The position numbers were made by a program, and so were the translations under genes. The notes beneath the pieces are model-generated. The model saw only the letters and a list, made by a program, of their open reading frames with translations. It was not told where the DNA came from and searched no databases. 64,000 bases of DNA from Laetmonice hystrix (taxonomy: Eukaryota), in NCBI GenBank assembly GCA_965235115.1, contig OZ249436.1, positions 54,252,001 to 54,316,000 of the forward strand, in the 5' to 3' direction. This document shows, one piece after another, positions 1 through 13,046 of this stretch (positions are counted from its first letter, which is position 1; each line of letters begins with the position of its first letter).

Positions 1-3000
1 ATAGCTCTGAGTGATGCTGACTTGACTGAACGAATACGAATCATACTGATGGGAATGTTGAGAGATCGAGAACAACAACAGGCAGCCGCTATCAAACACG
101 ACTGGCACATCTGGGCTGAGAAATATTCTGCGGCCCAGGGAGCTATGCTGGCTAGCCAGCGCTCCAACATGGAGAAGTTGGTGATGACCCTCATCCAACA
201 AGAGGTGGGCTCACTGGCCACAGGACTACAGGGTCAGAACAAAGAGGATATCGCCAAGCAGGTTAGTCACTTACTTCATCAGGCACTTTTTTCTGCATGG
301 TTTTCTGCGGTTGTCTGCTAGTAGCTACTACTGAAATGCCCAAAGTATGCTTACGTCATCTGTTGCACCTGCTCAAATTGTGAGGTGAATCTATTTTGAG
401 TCCTACACATATAATTCTCTCCTCCCCATTTTGTAAGAGTCGCTCTGGTTTTATCACACCTAATATCATTGAAAATAGTGAAAATAATTTGAAGGTGATG
501 ATCACATCGATTAAGTACTCCTCAATTAACAAAATACATGATCTTCCCATTTCCCATTTGCTTGATTTACCATTACCTAAACTGCAGATCGCATTGGCCA
601 CTGAACAAGGAGCCAAGATGGCAGGGCTACAGACAAAACTTGCTGCTGTGGTGGCCAAGTCAGATGAAATAGTCGCTCAGTTGGCAGCAGCGAGAGTACA
701 GATGGACTCGTGAGTACTAATTGTAGTAAAGTCTCTAGTGAGAAGAATGTGTTTGTAGTGCATTCATAAAAATAATTAATCACATCTTGGTCTGGGTTCC
801 CAGGGGGTCAGGATATCACAAATTTTTAATAAAAAAAAAGTCCTGATATTCTGATGAAAATCTTGAAATCCCCCATCTATGGTATCTACATAAACAAGAA
901 ACGAGGGTAAGAATTTGTGACTGGTTAACACCAAGCGTTCAAGATTATGGGCCAACAGTGTACCATAACATTTTTCAGGGGTGACCAATCAGTGCGCGAG
1001 GCCAGCGTGTTAGCCGTGGCAGGGCTAGAGTCCCAGCTGAAGACTCTCACCTCTGACCTGCATAACTTACGGGCTGCACAGGATGCTCTGGCTCTGGCCA
1101 TGAAGGAATGCTGTAAAAACGACACGGCACTAGCCCTACTCATCAGGGCTGGCGTGGAGGACCACCTGGCTGTAAGTACCTCCACCCTACTCCAGTCCTA
1201 ATACCCTCCTCTCCCACCAAGGTCTAAGCACCCCATCTGAAAAAAATGAAGGGTTTAAAAAAGTATGATCATAATATTGCCTGTATGTACAGTAAGAAAT
1301 GTACTCGCTTCTCTAAGTTTTTCTGTGTTGTGTGATTATTATACCAAGTATTAAGGACAGAACAGTTAGGGGAGGTGTTTCCATTGCCATAGCATGTTCT
1401 CATACGTTGCCACTGGCACTGTGTCCTTGACCAGGTCATGATGGGTGGTGGAGGTGCTGGGATGAAGACAGGAGGCAGCAGTTCAGCCTTTGCAGCGTGG
1501 CTCAACAGCCAGTTCATCGGCCGCGATGACATGGACTCGAGACTTGCAGCCCTTGTAGCGAGGCTCAATGAAGACATGAAGTCGTCATCATCAAAGGCGG
1601 CTGAGGCAGCAGCAGCAGCTGCAGGACTGGCTGCCGCTGCCAAGTTTGAGTCTGAGAAATCAGAGCGGGACAGTTCAGTATACCTTGGGGCAGCAGGAGC
1701 AGCAGGGGGTCTGTCGGAGAAGGTGAGCACGCATCATTGATGTATTATATTAGAGTAGGGAACGTTTTTAAAGTTTAGCTGTCATTTCACTCTATATTGA
1801 AAGTCCTAAATTGCAATAGCCATGGTAGAAAGGTATTTAAAATCAATTTCATTGTCTTTTTTTCTTTCTGATAATTGTACAGAAATTATCGGTACCGGTA
1901 TATGGCATTTGTCTTGGAAAATTTATCACACTGGTACATTCTGAATACATTATGTACAAATGTTAAGAGTGCACCTACTTCAGAGTCACCCAAGATTATC
2001 TTAATCGTGCTGAGAATCTATGACACGGGATGTTTTATATGGAACCAATGTGCCAACCAGATTTGTGATTTTTACATTTATTGATTTCCAGGAAGTCCGG
2101 TTGCTGATCCAGCAGGCACTGTTGGTGTATGGAGCAGACAAAACTGGCAAGGTTGACTACGCCCTGGAGTCAGCAGGTGAGGATCATTTGCAAGACAAGA
2201 CACTAGAAATCAACAAATTGTCTCTGTCTACTGCATTTAAAATTACACTTGCATGTATTGAAGAACAAAAGTAAGACTAATGGTGTAATTAAAGTCTACC
2301 TCAGTCAGCATGTCCTAAAGTTTTAACTTGAGGTCATTAAGTGTAACTGTTTTCTATTATTATTGACCTTTTAGGCAGGTAGAAGAGCTGTAATCATATG
2401 GTTGTGCCTTATGGATGCAAGCAAGATTGCAGGAATTCAAACATTTCGTAACACCTTTTTTTCTGATGTACCCAGGTGGGAGTGTGCTCAGTACGCGGTG
2501 TTCAGAGACCTACCACCGACGGACTGCCCAGCTGAGTTTGTTTGGCATTCCGTTATGGTACACAAGTAACTCTCCACGGACCGTCATTCAGCCAGACGTC
2601 CAGCCAGGACAGTGCTGGGCCTTCAGAGGTCAACAAGGTTACCTGGTTCTACAGCTGGCAGCCACAATCAGACCAACTGCCATCTCACTCGAACACATCC
2701 CCAAGTCTCTCTCCCCAACGGGCAAGATTGACTCCGCACCCAAGGACTTCTCTGTCTGGGCAAGTGTTTTTCTACTTCAACATTTAACACATTACCACCT
2801 GCTGTATGAGTTACGTGGTCAGTCTGTTTTGAAGCATGCCAAGGACATAGACAAAAATTGTCAACCTGACAAAACCGGGTAACTTCAAAATGATAAAACG
2901 TTCAAGAGAACACAAAACTGAATTTTAGCATATTAGCTGCGTTTGGGTAGGAATCCAGGATAATTGTTTTCTTCCAACAAAGTGTCCTCTAAATGAAGTT

Positions 3001-3582
3001 TTTTTTAATTTTACAGTGTTTATGTTATAAGAAACAAAATTTTGAGAAGCAAAGCATATATTAAATTTGGATTTTTATATTTTCCCTATGCCATGAATAA
3101 ATACATGATATGAATAATGTCTAGATGTTCTTCAAGCAGTGCTGTCACATTAGTTATCAAAGCCCTGAACCTTGTTGTGATGACATTTGTACTGCTATTC
3201 CAGGGTTTGGAACATGACCGCGACACACAAGGGACCTTCTTGGGCAACTATACATATGATGCCGATGGCGAACCCCTCCAAGACTTTATGATCAAGGTAT
3301 TTTCTTTTCCTTTAATAAACCAATGAGCAAGGAAGTAACTCATATAATACCTATAATATTACCTGTGCTTAGAACATTAGAAAGACAAGCGTAGTGTACC
3401 TGTATTCATTTGCAGGAATTAGGGACCCAATTTACACCAGAAATTTCAAAGTTATGATTTTGTTGTTGCAGGAACCAGATGTGGGCACCTACTCGGTTGT
3501 TGAGTTGAAGATCCACAGTAACCATGGCAACCTGGAGTACACGTGTTTGTACCGATTCCGTGTTCACGGTGCGCTGCAGTAG
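1..3582 (+). CDS. SUN-domain nuclear envelope (LINC complex) protein, SUN1/SUN2-like; 3' part only, N-terminus upstream of the window
   Basis: Phase-consistent exons <1-261, 588-709, 979-1171, 1435-1722, 2092-2176, 2476-2759, 3204-3296, 3472-3582 (TAG). Coiled-coil-like region followed by SUN domain motifs ADKTGKVDYALESAGGSVLSTRCSETY, PGQCWAFRG, LEHIPKSLSPTGKIDSAPKDFSVWG, SNHGNLEYTCLYRFRVHG. Confidence 0.95.
2760..3203 (+). other. Non-canonical GC-AG intron in the SUN gene
   Basis: TCT GTC TGG|gcaagt ... ctattccag|GGT TTG GAA; this donor joins KDFSVW to GLE in frame as in SUN domains; gcaagt is otherwise a consensus donor. Confidence 0.85.
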
Positions 3583-4930
3583 TGGTGTTGCCCTAGTAAC
3601 CTTGAAATCATGGGCAGCAACGGTACTAACCAACCGAATCATTCCACGTCAGGTGACGTCACACAAGGCAGCTATAGTGCGGACGACACCAGTGCCTGCC
3701 TGTAACCTGGCCGTAATCTCAGCTGGCTGGCCTGTCAACCCGCCTCGGCAGCAGGCCCAGCCTCCCCTCCACATCTGCAGCGGTTCCCTGTCTGAACCCT
3801 GAGTTAACGAGTTCTAATGATCGTCAAGGTGGGAAATCGGAACTATGCAGAAATCGTCTGATATCATCAAAAACCATGGATCGCTATCTCACAACCATTG
3901 CAACAAAACACATTTTTGTACATACTCATCAACTGGTGCGACTGAGAGGAATGACTGAATGAATGTGTGCTCCGTAGATAGTTGCTGTATGTGCCTTCAG
4001 CCAAATACAACTAGCAGTCCAAGTGACTGGGTGCCTGGTAATGCGCTTAGCAGTTTATAATACAGACTCGTGAAGAGTGGCCAGTTTGGTCAGATTTTAT
4101 TTCACTCAGTAAACAGGTAACGCCTGAGTAATGTTAATTAGACTTGGAGAGACAACATTACGTGTGACAATTAAGACATCATGTAACACCAATAACAGTT
4201 TATTTTCACAGTAAAATTGATCACAGATCAGAACAAGTTTCATTATTAACAGGCCTCCAGTTGTAATAATATGCACGATCAATAGGAATACCATATTTAT
4301 TTGTATAAAGATTGCAACTTGAATTGTTATTTTAGTAACATGGCCTTGAACGCACTCGTCAAAAAGTGCAAGCAATAATCCAAAGCGAAATTGTTGACCT
4401 GTGTAATCATCGAACGAAGACATATTTGAATTTTTATACTTGAAATTGTTTTACCCTTTGGTTTCTGTATAATCTTGCAGCCTGTATGATTAGCATTACT
4501 GTGTTAGATATGCAGATATCCTGAATCTGCTAGAGTATTACAGGTATGATATTGTATTTGTAGTTTTGTTGTTCAGTGGAATTTTCCAAGTGTAGGATTA
4601 TTTATCGATTGAAGTCAAGCTTGTACATGCTTTTAAGCACACTTTACTACTAGTCTAATGCCAGTACGGAATGTGACATTTATTTAATTTTGAAAATACA
4701 GTTAAAACTGAGGCAGACCACAAGTGCATGTTTCTCTCATAAGTGATCTAATGCCGACCTTAAGGCGTTTTATTTATACAGTGATGAAGCATCACTAATT
4801 TATAACTTTTCAGCAAACTTTGGGTTGAAAACCTGATTTAAATACAGTACTCGGACAACCCATATTTGAAAGGGTTGTGAACGAAAATGCTTCCATTGTT
4901 AAAATAGATGCAGTGATCTTACACTTTTGC

Positions 4931-4936
4931 AATAAA
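4931..4936 (+). promoter_or_regulatory. Candidate polyadenylation signal of the SUN gene
   Basis: AATAAA about 1.35 kb after the SUN stop and just before the DMC1 stop codon. Confidence 0.5.
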
Positions 4937-5048
4937 TGAAAGTTGAACTCTATCCGAACAAGTTACATGATTTTTCATGTGTATAAATACTGACATAAAT
5001 ACTATGTGTTCTATACACAAAGGGACACTTTTTTTTTTATTTCCTTGC

Positions 5049-8000
5049 TCATTCCTTTGCATCTGCTATCCCTCCCTGAGTTATGGCAAACGTTGCTTCA
5101 TTCTCTGGCAGGTCAGGACTGAAAAATGTGGTGCACATTGGAAGATTATAATATGTGTAAGAAATTGTAATGCACATACCGGTAAGTAATTCTCAGAAAT
5201 GAAAAAAGGAATTCACCTGTCATAGATTTTAGCAATGCGTAGTTCAGCACGACCCTTCCGGAGACTGACTCTGGTTGTGGAAGCATGGGCAAGAATGTGT
5301 CCCCCGATCGGTTTCTTGGGATCCACCTGAAATCTGCAGTTGGAAAGCACAGTCAGCTCTTCTGACCACTTGAGTTATATTACAGAAAAATACACCAACT
5401 ATTTGTGATTTGCAAGCCTGAGCATTCCCAAAATCTATAAGCGAGGTCCATTTTTGGCATGAAAACCTTGCTGTCGTTTTATACAAGACTTGATCTCACA
5501 TTAGGGCTGAATTGAAACGTTGTACAACCCACCCACTGAAAAGTACATTTTTATTTACGAGAAAGAAAAAGGGAAGAATTGTTGGGCTCCTACTTACGAC
5601 ATTGTGGCGCCTGGATCAGAGGTCATCTGATTTGTGACAAACACTGCAACGTTGTACTCTGCAATCAGTAATTATATTTAATTATTATTCAGCACAAGCA
5701 ATTATTATTAATTGTAGCCATATCCATAGTTGATCTTAGATCGCAGTGCTGGGGCAATGATAAATAGAGTTTCTCTGTCCAAACTAATATGTACAGATGT
5801 ACGCAAATTTAGAGAACTGTATAACATCATGTATAATAACAAGCCAGGGATACTGATTGAGAGCACTTTAATGAACAAAAAATACAGATTTTCCTCACAA
5901 CACACTGGATGACCTGTATGAGAGGTTTTAAATGTAAAATACCTTCTGAAATCTTTTGAAGCCTTGATAGGAATTGAGCTAGTTTTTGTTGGCGATCTGC
6001 CAGCTCTCCGCGACCACTAAAGTCTACTCTGAATAAAGCCATGATTGAATCCACTATCTAAAAATGAAGATCAATCAGAGCTTTTTCTTACATTATGTCC
6101 TTAATATCAAACAGGTCTTCCATCATTTCTTTTGGCAGTTTTTCAAACAAAATGTTCTTTGTCAAATTATTCTATAGTCCAAGATAGTCAATCAAACAGA
6201 ACATGAAATTTTGACACCTGGGCCCGGTTTTTAGTTTGTAAATTTACCAATCTTAAGACTGAAATTTTAAGACCGACAGTCTTGTGTTATGGTCTCTCAT
6301 TGGCTGACTTATTTGAAGGACCAAGGACTCTGTTTGCAAACTAAAAACCAGGGCTCAATTTTGGTTATTATAACCCTGGGTTTTTTTTGCCCCCTTTTGC
6401 TTAAAATTAAATGAAAAAATTGCAAGAGTGAATAGCTCTCCTGACAGCTCCCCTGACTTCGAGGAGCTCGATAATCACTCCCTGGGAGTTTTCAAATGAC
6501 AAGGCCTGTACATATCAGAACTGCACACGTAAATTATTCAAACTGTGAACCATAATGATAGAAACATACTAATAATTTGAAGACTCCAATCTCCTCATGG
6601 AATTTAGCTGCGACAAGGTCAAGCAGTTCATGTTGATGTTCACCTGTAAATTACATGGCAAGTTGTTAAACATCAATTTTTATTTTTAATATTACCGGTA
6701 CTATTTGTATTTATTTTATTGGGGTGGGGGGGGGGGGAGACGAGGGCATGGTAAGAAATACTGTGTGGGTTTGGCAGATGGCTCTTTCTAGCTTTGATTT
6801 AGTGGTTCCGAGATCTACTCTCTTACTTGTATATGCCCTTGCGAAGAGCACATTATCCAGCACTGCCTCCTGATCCAGATTGAACCGATCTGCAATGTCT
6901 CTCAAACGGTCTGGACGACTGACCAATGTCAAAGAGCAAACTCCGGCTGGTAATTTTACAAACTAAATGCCATTGAACTGTTCACGTTACCACTTTTTAA
7001 CGTTGTCAAGGATACAATGTGTTTTCAGTGTCAATGAAAACAACCTTTCCACCGCTGTATCCATTGGCTCCCGGTAATTGTGCAGTGACTATTAACGAGA
7101 AAACATTTCATCTGAGAGGAGACTGACTGCTGTGTTGATTGCCCCTCCACACGCCCACCCACCAAAAGAAGTACACTGTACAGATACTTTAATCTTGTTT
7201 AGGCATCATATTGGAATCATTTAAAAAAAATAATGACATAATGTTTAGCGCATCATTCTTTTCTTTAATTTTCTTAAAATCTAAGATATTTCAATTTTCG
7301 TACAGACTGCTCTGCTTTCAAGAGTGTTTGATAGAAGTTGTTTACTGGCAAAAAATGTAAAATAACAATTATATGTTACGGTACTTTCTTATTCTGGGTT
7401 AAAATTCCCCAATTCAAAGGATCTCAAAAGCAATGACACTGCCCAATGATCACCTAAATCTAAGTACAGGGACCTTATTCACAAGGCACACGCAAGATTT
7501 GCGGACCTGCAAACTATTATTAACCAGCTGGAGGATAATAGTTTTGAGGGCCCGCAAGTCTTGTGTGTGCTTTGTGAACAAGGCCCCTGGATCGCTGTAC
7601 TAAATAGTACAGTTGCATGCTTACTACACAAGGTATGAGACAGCTGTGTTTTTCCCGTACGAAATTCACCAAAAGCCTCTGTTATGGCCATACTCTCTAT
7701 ACCGCCTCCCATAAGTTTACTAAAAGTAGACAAAAGGTGACAGTTGAGGATCTGAACTATAGATTGTAGTCGAAGATGAACTTGCATAATATAACTGCAT
7801 CCATTGGCTAAATTGTGGTTGTCTGTACATGTATTCTAATTTCTCAAATTCATGAATTGCATCCTCATCTGATAATGGTTGTTGATGTTACAAAATACTT
7901 CCTACTAGTCACCAGAATTCTTCAACGTACTCAAGTTCTTGACTGCCTGTGCTCACTCTGAAACACATTTTCCTTTTGTCTGCATATTCCAATGCTGTCA

Positions 8001-10067
8001 AGAAGCCACCATCCTGCATAAAGAGATGTTTTGGTCAGCTCAGATGTCATAAATATATCAATCATTGTATGCCAGAACTAGGAACATCTCACTAATTTGC
8101 AGAATTCATCTTATGATCTATACTAAAGGGTGACACAGCAAAATTCAGGATGAAATATTTCATGATTTATTACATAATAAATTTTGGGGAGCAAAGGGAG
8201 TACTAAAGTCTAATGTCGTAAACGAACGCTCCTATGTAATAAATGTGTACACACATCTGTACCTGTGTGTAGAAAAGGGTTGAAATTAATTACTATGAAC
8301 AGGAGTTAAAAGTACTATGTAAACTCCCATCCTGAATTTTGCTGGGTCACCCTTTAGAATTGCCTCCTGACAGAAGCACAAGAATCACTCTGTCGATTCT
8401 CAAATAACAAGGCCTGTATCATGTTGACTGTTTTACAGGTTTTAGATGATTCTTACCAAAACCATATACTGATTTAATTTTCTTATATGTTAAAATTATT
8501 TATCGGTTCTTTGGTCTTACCCCAGCCAGTTTGCTGGCCACTTCTTTTATCTTGTCCACTTTGGCTTCCGATATCCCTTTGATCGCTGAAAGTTTCTTTC
8601 TTGTCCACATTTGAATCCCCTGACATTTGCCAAAAGGAAATCGCACTCATCAAGAATATCACAGAGTTAAATGATTGATATAGCACTTGATATAATGCCC
8701 ATCTTGCTATGTGAGGCATGGTTCAGTGGCAAAGGATTGGGCTCTTGAAGCTTACAAAAGGTCTTCTTAAAGACCATCTGAAGTTAAATGAAAATCTTGG
8801 ACAGAATTTAAAAAAAAACATTGTCCATGGCCATGCAATGCCTTGAGCTAGTCTTCATGAACCTATCATAGTATCAAATAATTTAGTTTCCGGATCAGGT
8901 CATGCTGTACCTTTACAGTGCATATTCCAGCTTGCTTCAGTTTCTTAATATCAGCTGCATTCTGAAAAATAGATTGTCTGATTAGTTATTGAGTGTATTT
9001 TCTCAAAATAGTTGGTTGTCTTTATCATTATGAATGATAAACTCAAAGTAAGATTAAAATACATGTACTCACAATACCATGCTCTTGTAGTACATCTATA
9101 TCTTGAAAAAAGGATTCCTGAAAATACAAAACTTCAAGGATTGCAGTCATTTTTGAGAGAAAGTTCTTTTCATAGCACAGTACTAAATATCTGACCCTGA
9201 TCTATACTTCTATAGAATCCTTTTAGATATAAAGTATAGTATCAATGCAGATAATCTTCCGGCCTAATTTAAATATGGAGTTAGCAAAAAAAACCTGAAA
9301 GATGATGATGAGGATCTAATTCTAAATCAGGATTTTTGAGAAGGGTGCTCCCCTAAAAATTGGGGATTTAGAAATTGGGGAGTTAGACCTGTAAGCAAAA
9401 AAAAAATTCTGTTCACAATAATTACTAACTAAGCAGCCTTCTTATTCTTAGTAACTAAATTTGACCAGTAGGCGATGTTATTTTTGTTATCCAACTATGA
9501 TCCTATCCTATTTATTATATATTTTAGGCCTAAGCTGAATAATATGTTTTTGCCCGATGGTTAGCCCCCCTAAAAAAATTCCTGGATCCACCCATGCAAC
9601 CTGGGTCTAATTTTAGTTTTTACCCCTGGGGGAAAAGGGTGAGACCAGGGACTATTTTCCAGGGACCGGGGCCACATGGGTCAGATAACAATGTGCAGGT
9701 TCTTGTGGTAAGAATTGAGTGTCTTGAAATAGGAAGGGACCTGGCGCTATTTATTATAGCGCATGGACACTAGCGCCGAGGCGCCAGGTTATTTCAATTC
9801 CTGAATTAGTGAATAGATCTCGAGAATCTAGCACAAGTTTGCAGAAAGTTGAACTCAACAATGGCCTTAGTACCCTAGGCCTTACAGTGACACTGACTAA
9901 GTTAACTAAGTTAGTAAGTAGCTTAGAAGTTACAGCCCTTAGCCTTAGCTTAGGCCTAACGTTAGGCCTAATTATTTTCATGTTAATATTTAATCACCCT
10001 ACGGTCCTACCTCGTCTTCGTTTTCCAGATTGGGAAGTTGTTCTTCAACTACTTGTTCTGCCTCCAT
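5049..10067 (-). CDS. DMC1: Meiotic recombinase DMC1 (RecA/RAD51 family), complete, 13 coding exons, 343 aa
   Basis: Exons (minus strand) 10067-10011, 9117-9073, 8961-8911, 8619-8521, 8013-7931, 7719-7625, 7088-7016, 6918-6827, 6643-6570, 6057-5943, 5658-5598, 5333-5217, 5118-5049 (TGA); total 1032 nt, all phases compatible. Translation includes [52 protein letters not shown] (Walker A), [28 protein letters not shown] and [15 protein letters not shown], which are DMC1-type rather than RAD51-type residues. Confidence 0.97.
6220..6356. mobile_element. Degenerate MITE (GGGCCC-type termini, PIF/Harbinger-like) in a DMC1 intron
   Basis: Left GGGCCCGGTTTTTAGTTTGTAAA versus right TTTGCAAACTAAAAACCAGGGCTC form an imperfect inverted repeat; no clear TSD. 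Confidence 0.6.
6919..7015 (-). other. U12-type (minor spliceosome) GT-AG intron in DMC1
   Basis: Donor GTATCCTTG (U12 consensus RTATCCTT); branch-like TCTTTGAC about 11 nt before the CAG acceptor with no polypyrimidine tract; 97 nt, splits the Phe codon in ENTF|RPDR. Confidence 0.85.
8123..8357. mobile_element. MITE with ~30-bp terminal inverted repeats in a DMC1 intron (Tc1/mariner-like)
   Basis: CTAAAGGGTGACACAGCAAAATTCAGGATG ... CATCCTGAATTTTGCTGGGTCACCCTTTAG; TA on the left flank only. Confidence 0.7.
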
Positions 10068-10081
10068 GTTTTTTTCTTCTG

Positions 10082-10606
10082 AAATAAAAATATCATGACA
10101 TCATGACATCATATCATGCCTGACACGCTTAATTTTAATACCGTAAAATTTTCCGTAACGTTAGATTGCAGACCGCGATTCACATAGCGTCATACTCATA
10201 GCAAAAGTCATAGCCATAGGGCCTAGCTAAACGATAATTTCAAAATAGAGGGGCCCCTAATAGAGTTTTACTTTTAGAGAGGCAGCTCTTTCCTTTGCCA
10301 GCTTTGGCCATGCTTTTGGTTTCATAAGTTATTTACAGCTTATCTTATAGGCCTACTTGCTTTTGGAACGGTATGAGAGTTGATTTTGTACAGGTCTGGC
10401 TTGCGTGTAGACACTCGATCCGTCGTCTGCTGCAGAATATGACGCCACCTTCCGCCGTGGCGCTGCAATCGGTCCGCTTAATATTAATTCTCGCCACCAG
10501 GTGGCCGCTCCTTTACCCACGTGTTCTCAGGCCTCAGTGAAGCGTTTTCGCCGAGAGGACCAAGTTTACTTTTGTAACAATCAGCAGAAACCACAAACCA
10601 AAGAAA
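10082..10606. promoter_or_regulatory. Shared divergent promoter/5'UTR region of DMC1 and SNU13
   Basis: Start codons only 540 bp apart and divergent; CpG-enriched 10400-10560; CTCF-like TCGCCACCAGGTGGCCGCTC at 10491-10510; acceptor-like ttttatttcag 11 nt upstream of the DMC1 ATG implies a non-coding first exon nearer SNU13. Confidence 0.65.
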
Positions 10607-12711
10607 ATGGTAAGGTCTCTTTAACATGATTGTGTTCTCAAAAGGAGGTCAAGCTTATTTATATGTGTGGAGTTAAACATCTAAGATTCAAGTAATTTAC
10701 GTACATCGCTGAGCGATAATGGGAGGAGTTAGAACCAGGATTTGGCGACACGGGTGCGTTTCTCACCCTTCGTTCAATGCTGCCATTGAAAATACATTGG
10801 AGTTACCGATGCGACAAGCTAACGACATGCAGTTTCGAAATAGTTTTACCATTTCGCAACGTGTTCTCTACTCTAGTCATACTACATGGGGTTAGTTTTA
10901 CACAATTGAACTAAGTTACTTAGCGGTCTTACTTCTTCAAAACCTCATTTTATGAGCATTGACCCATAAAAGGCATACTAATCTAAATCAAAATTTTCAT
11001 GTGCACATTAAATTATTTTTATATGAAGTGCTGCCAGACTTCTCTCATAGACATTGGACCTATGATTTTATGTTTTAAACAGGCTACCGATGAAGTGAAC
11101 CCCAAGGCCTACCCACTGGCAGATCCACAGTTGACTCAGAAGATTTTGGAGCTGGTGCAACAGGCACATAACTACAAACAGCTCAAGAAGGGAGCAAATG
11201 AAGGTGAGTATTATTACAAAGGCCAAAGGGGGGGGGGGGCAGCTGGGTTTCCGCAAGCCGTTTGCCACATTCACATTGGCAAACAACAAAGCTAAATGAC
11301 AAAGGAAAACATAGCCAAAAATACCATATTTTTGCCATCCTGGCGAATTAGGAAAAATCATGGCATGCTACTGAAATTCTGATGTGGATAGAGGATTTGG
11401 TTGCCTGTTTAGCTACAGTGGTTAAAAAATTTATTGTATTGTTTTTTCTGTAGCCACAAAGACACTGAACCGAGGCATTGCAGAGTTTATAGTGCTAGCA
11501 GCTGATGCAGAACCACTAGAGATCTTACTGCACCTGCCTCTACTCTGTGAAGATAAGGTATGTGTTCAAACTATTTGATTGAGAATGCTCTGTCTTAAGC
11601 AAGTTTTTCTTTCACTTGCTATTGTAGATAAAAATATAATTTGTACATGTGCAGATATTGAAAAAAACATTGGCCAAAAGGGATTGCAATCGTGGGCATT
11701 TGTGCCTCTTATGGATCATTATCATGTAATTTTATAACAAGCAACTCTGGAAAGTGACATTATGTTATTTAAAGGATAGCTTTATGAAGGTCACATGCTT
11801 TCAGATTTTGAAGGGAATTCTACCATTATATAGGATTGTCTGGCAGATCTTAATGGTTTTGATTTGAATAGGTAATTTTGGAATGTATTATTTGTTACCT
11901 CATTTATTTTGTTGGTGTGGACATTGTTCTTGTCATCTACAGTGCTTGCCATAGTTAATAAGGGTTGGGGCCAGTCCAGGAAATGATTTACTGAGGGGGG
12001 GGGGGGGGAAAGGAGGAGAGATAGAACTTTACTAGTTATGTAGAAAGTGTAAAATAAAACCTAATGATAGCAATATATTTAGGTTGTCTGGCAGACTACC
12101 ATGCTGGGAAAGTAGGGTTGTCCGGAGTTTTTCAAGGTTGCCTCAGACATGGCTTAGGAGGAATGCAGATTCGGAATGCTCAGTCAATGAAGTTAAAATG
12201 CACTTAGGGGCACAATCACACCCATCAAATGGAAAGGCCTGTATCTATATAACACTGTGTTTGTATTTTCTTTTCTCTAGAATGTGCCCTACGTGTTTGT
12301 GAGATCCAAACAAGGTAAGCCACATCCTGTTTTGATGTAAATATTTTCAATTATAAGTTTAATGCACACACAATTTAAGAATAGAAGACCTAGCTGACCT
12401 GAAAAATGTAAATGCTTTCAAGGTATCAAGGTATTTAAATGATAAGAAAAAAATTCAAAGTCATACACGTAAAACAGGTAAAGTCAAGGTTGAAATTATG
12501 TCTCTAAGAGTTTAATCCATTACGTATAATGTATGAACAGTGCATACCTAATGTTATTATTTCTTTTCCACATTTGTCTGACACAGCTCTTGGGCGCGCC
12601 TGCGGTGTTTCAAGGCCAGTCATCTCCTGTTCCGTGACCGTCAATGAAGGCTCACAGCTGAAGCCTCAAATCCAAGCTATTCAACAAAACATTGAAAAAC
12701 TATTGATCTGA
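10607..12711 (+). CDS. SNU13: SNU13/NHP2L1 (15.5K) K-turn-binding protein of U4 snRNP and box C/D snoRNPs, complete, 128 aa
   Basis: Exons 10607-10609 (ATG|gtaagg), 11083-11203, 11454-11557, 12281-12314, 12587-12711 (TGA) = 387 nt. Translation includes [78 protein letters not shown] and IEKLLI. Confidence 0.97.
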
Positions 12712-13040
12712 AAGCCATGCCTTTCTCTCCAGTGGACAACATGTCCAGGAAAGCCAACCCAGGCAGCAGGCTTAAGTCTAACTATTTTCATGGCATTTAT
12801 CTCTTATGTTTTTTATTTGAAAATTACATGGTGAATGTAATATAAGCTTCACATGGAAGCAGTTATTGATCAAGTATATAGTTTTACATGTGAATCAATT
12901 GGAAGGTCCGCCAGTTTGTCTAACCAAATGAACTATGACCTCTACCATCACCAGAATTAGGACATTCCCAGCATAGAATCATGTGCTGCTGTTAGATTTT
13001 GACATTTATGTATAGAAGATATGCAGACGTTTATGAGTCA

Positions 13041-13046
13041 AATAAA
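13041..13046 (+). promoter_or_regulatory. Candidate polyadenylation signal of SNU13
   Basis: AATAAA 330 nt after the stop codon. Confidence 0.6.

Noticed and set aside
11204..12586. Intronic box C/D snoRNA or autoregulatory K-turn in SNU13 introns
   Set aside because: No convincing RTGATGA...CTGA pair with a terminal stem found by eye.
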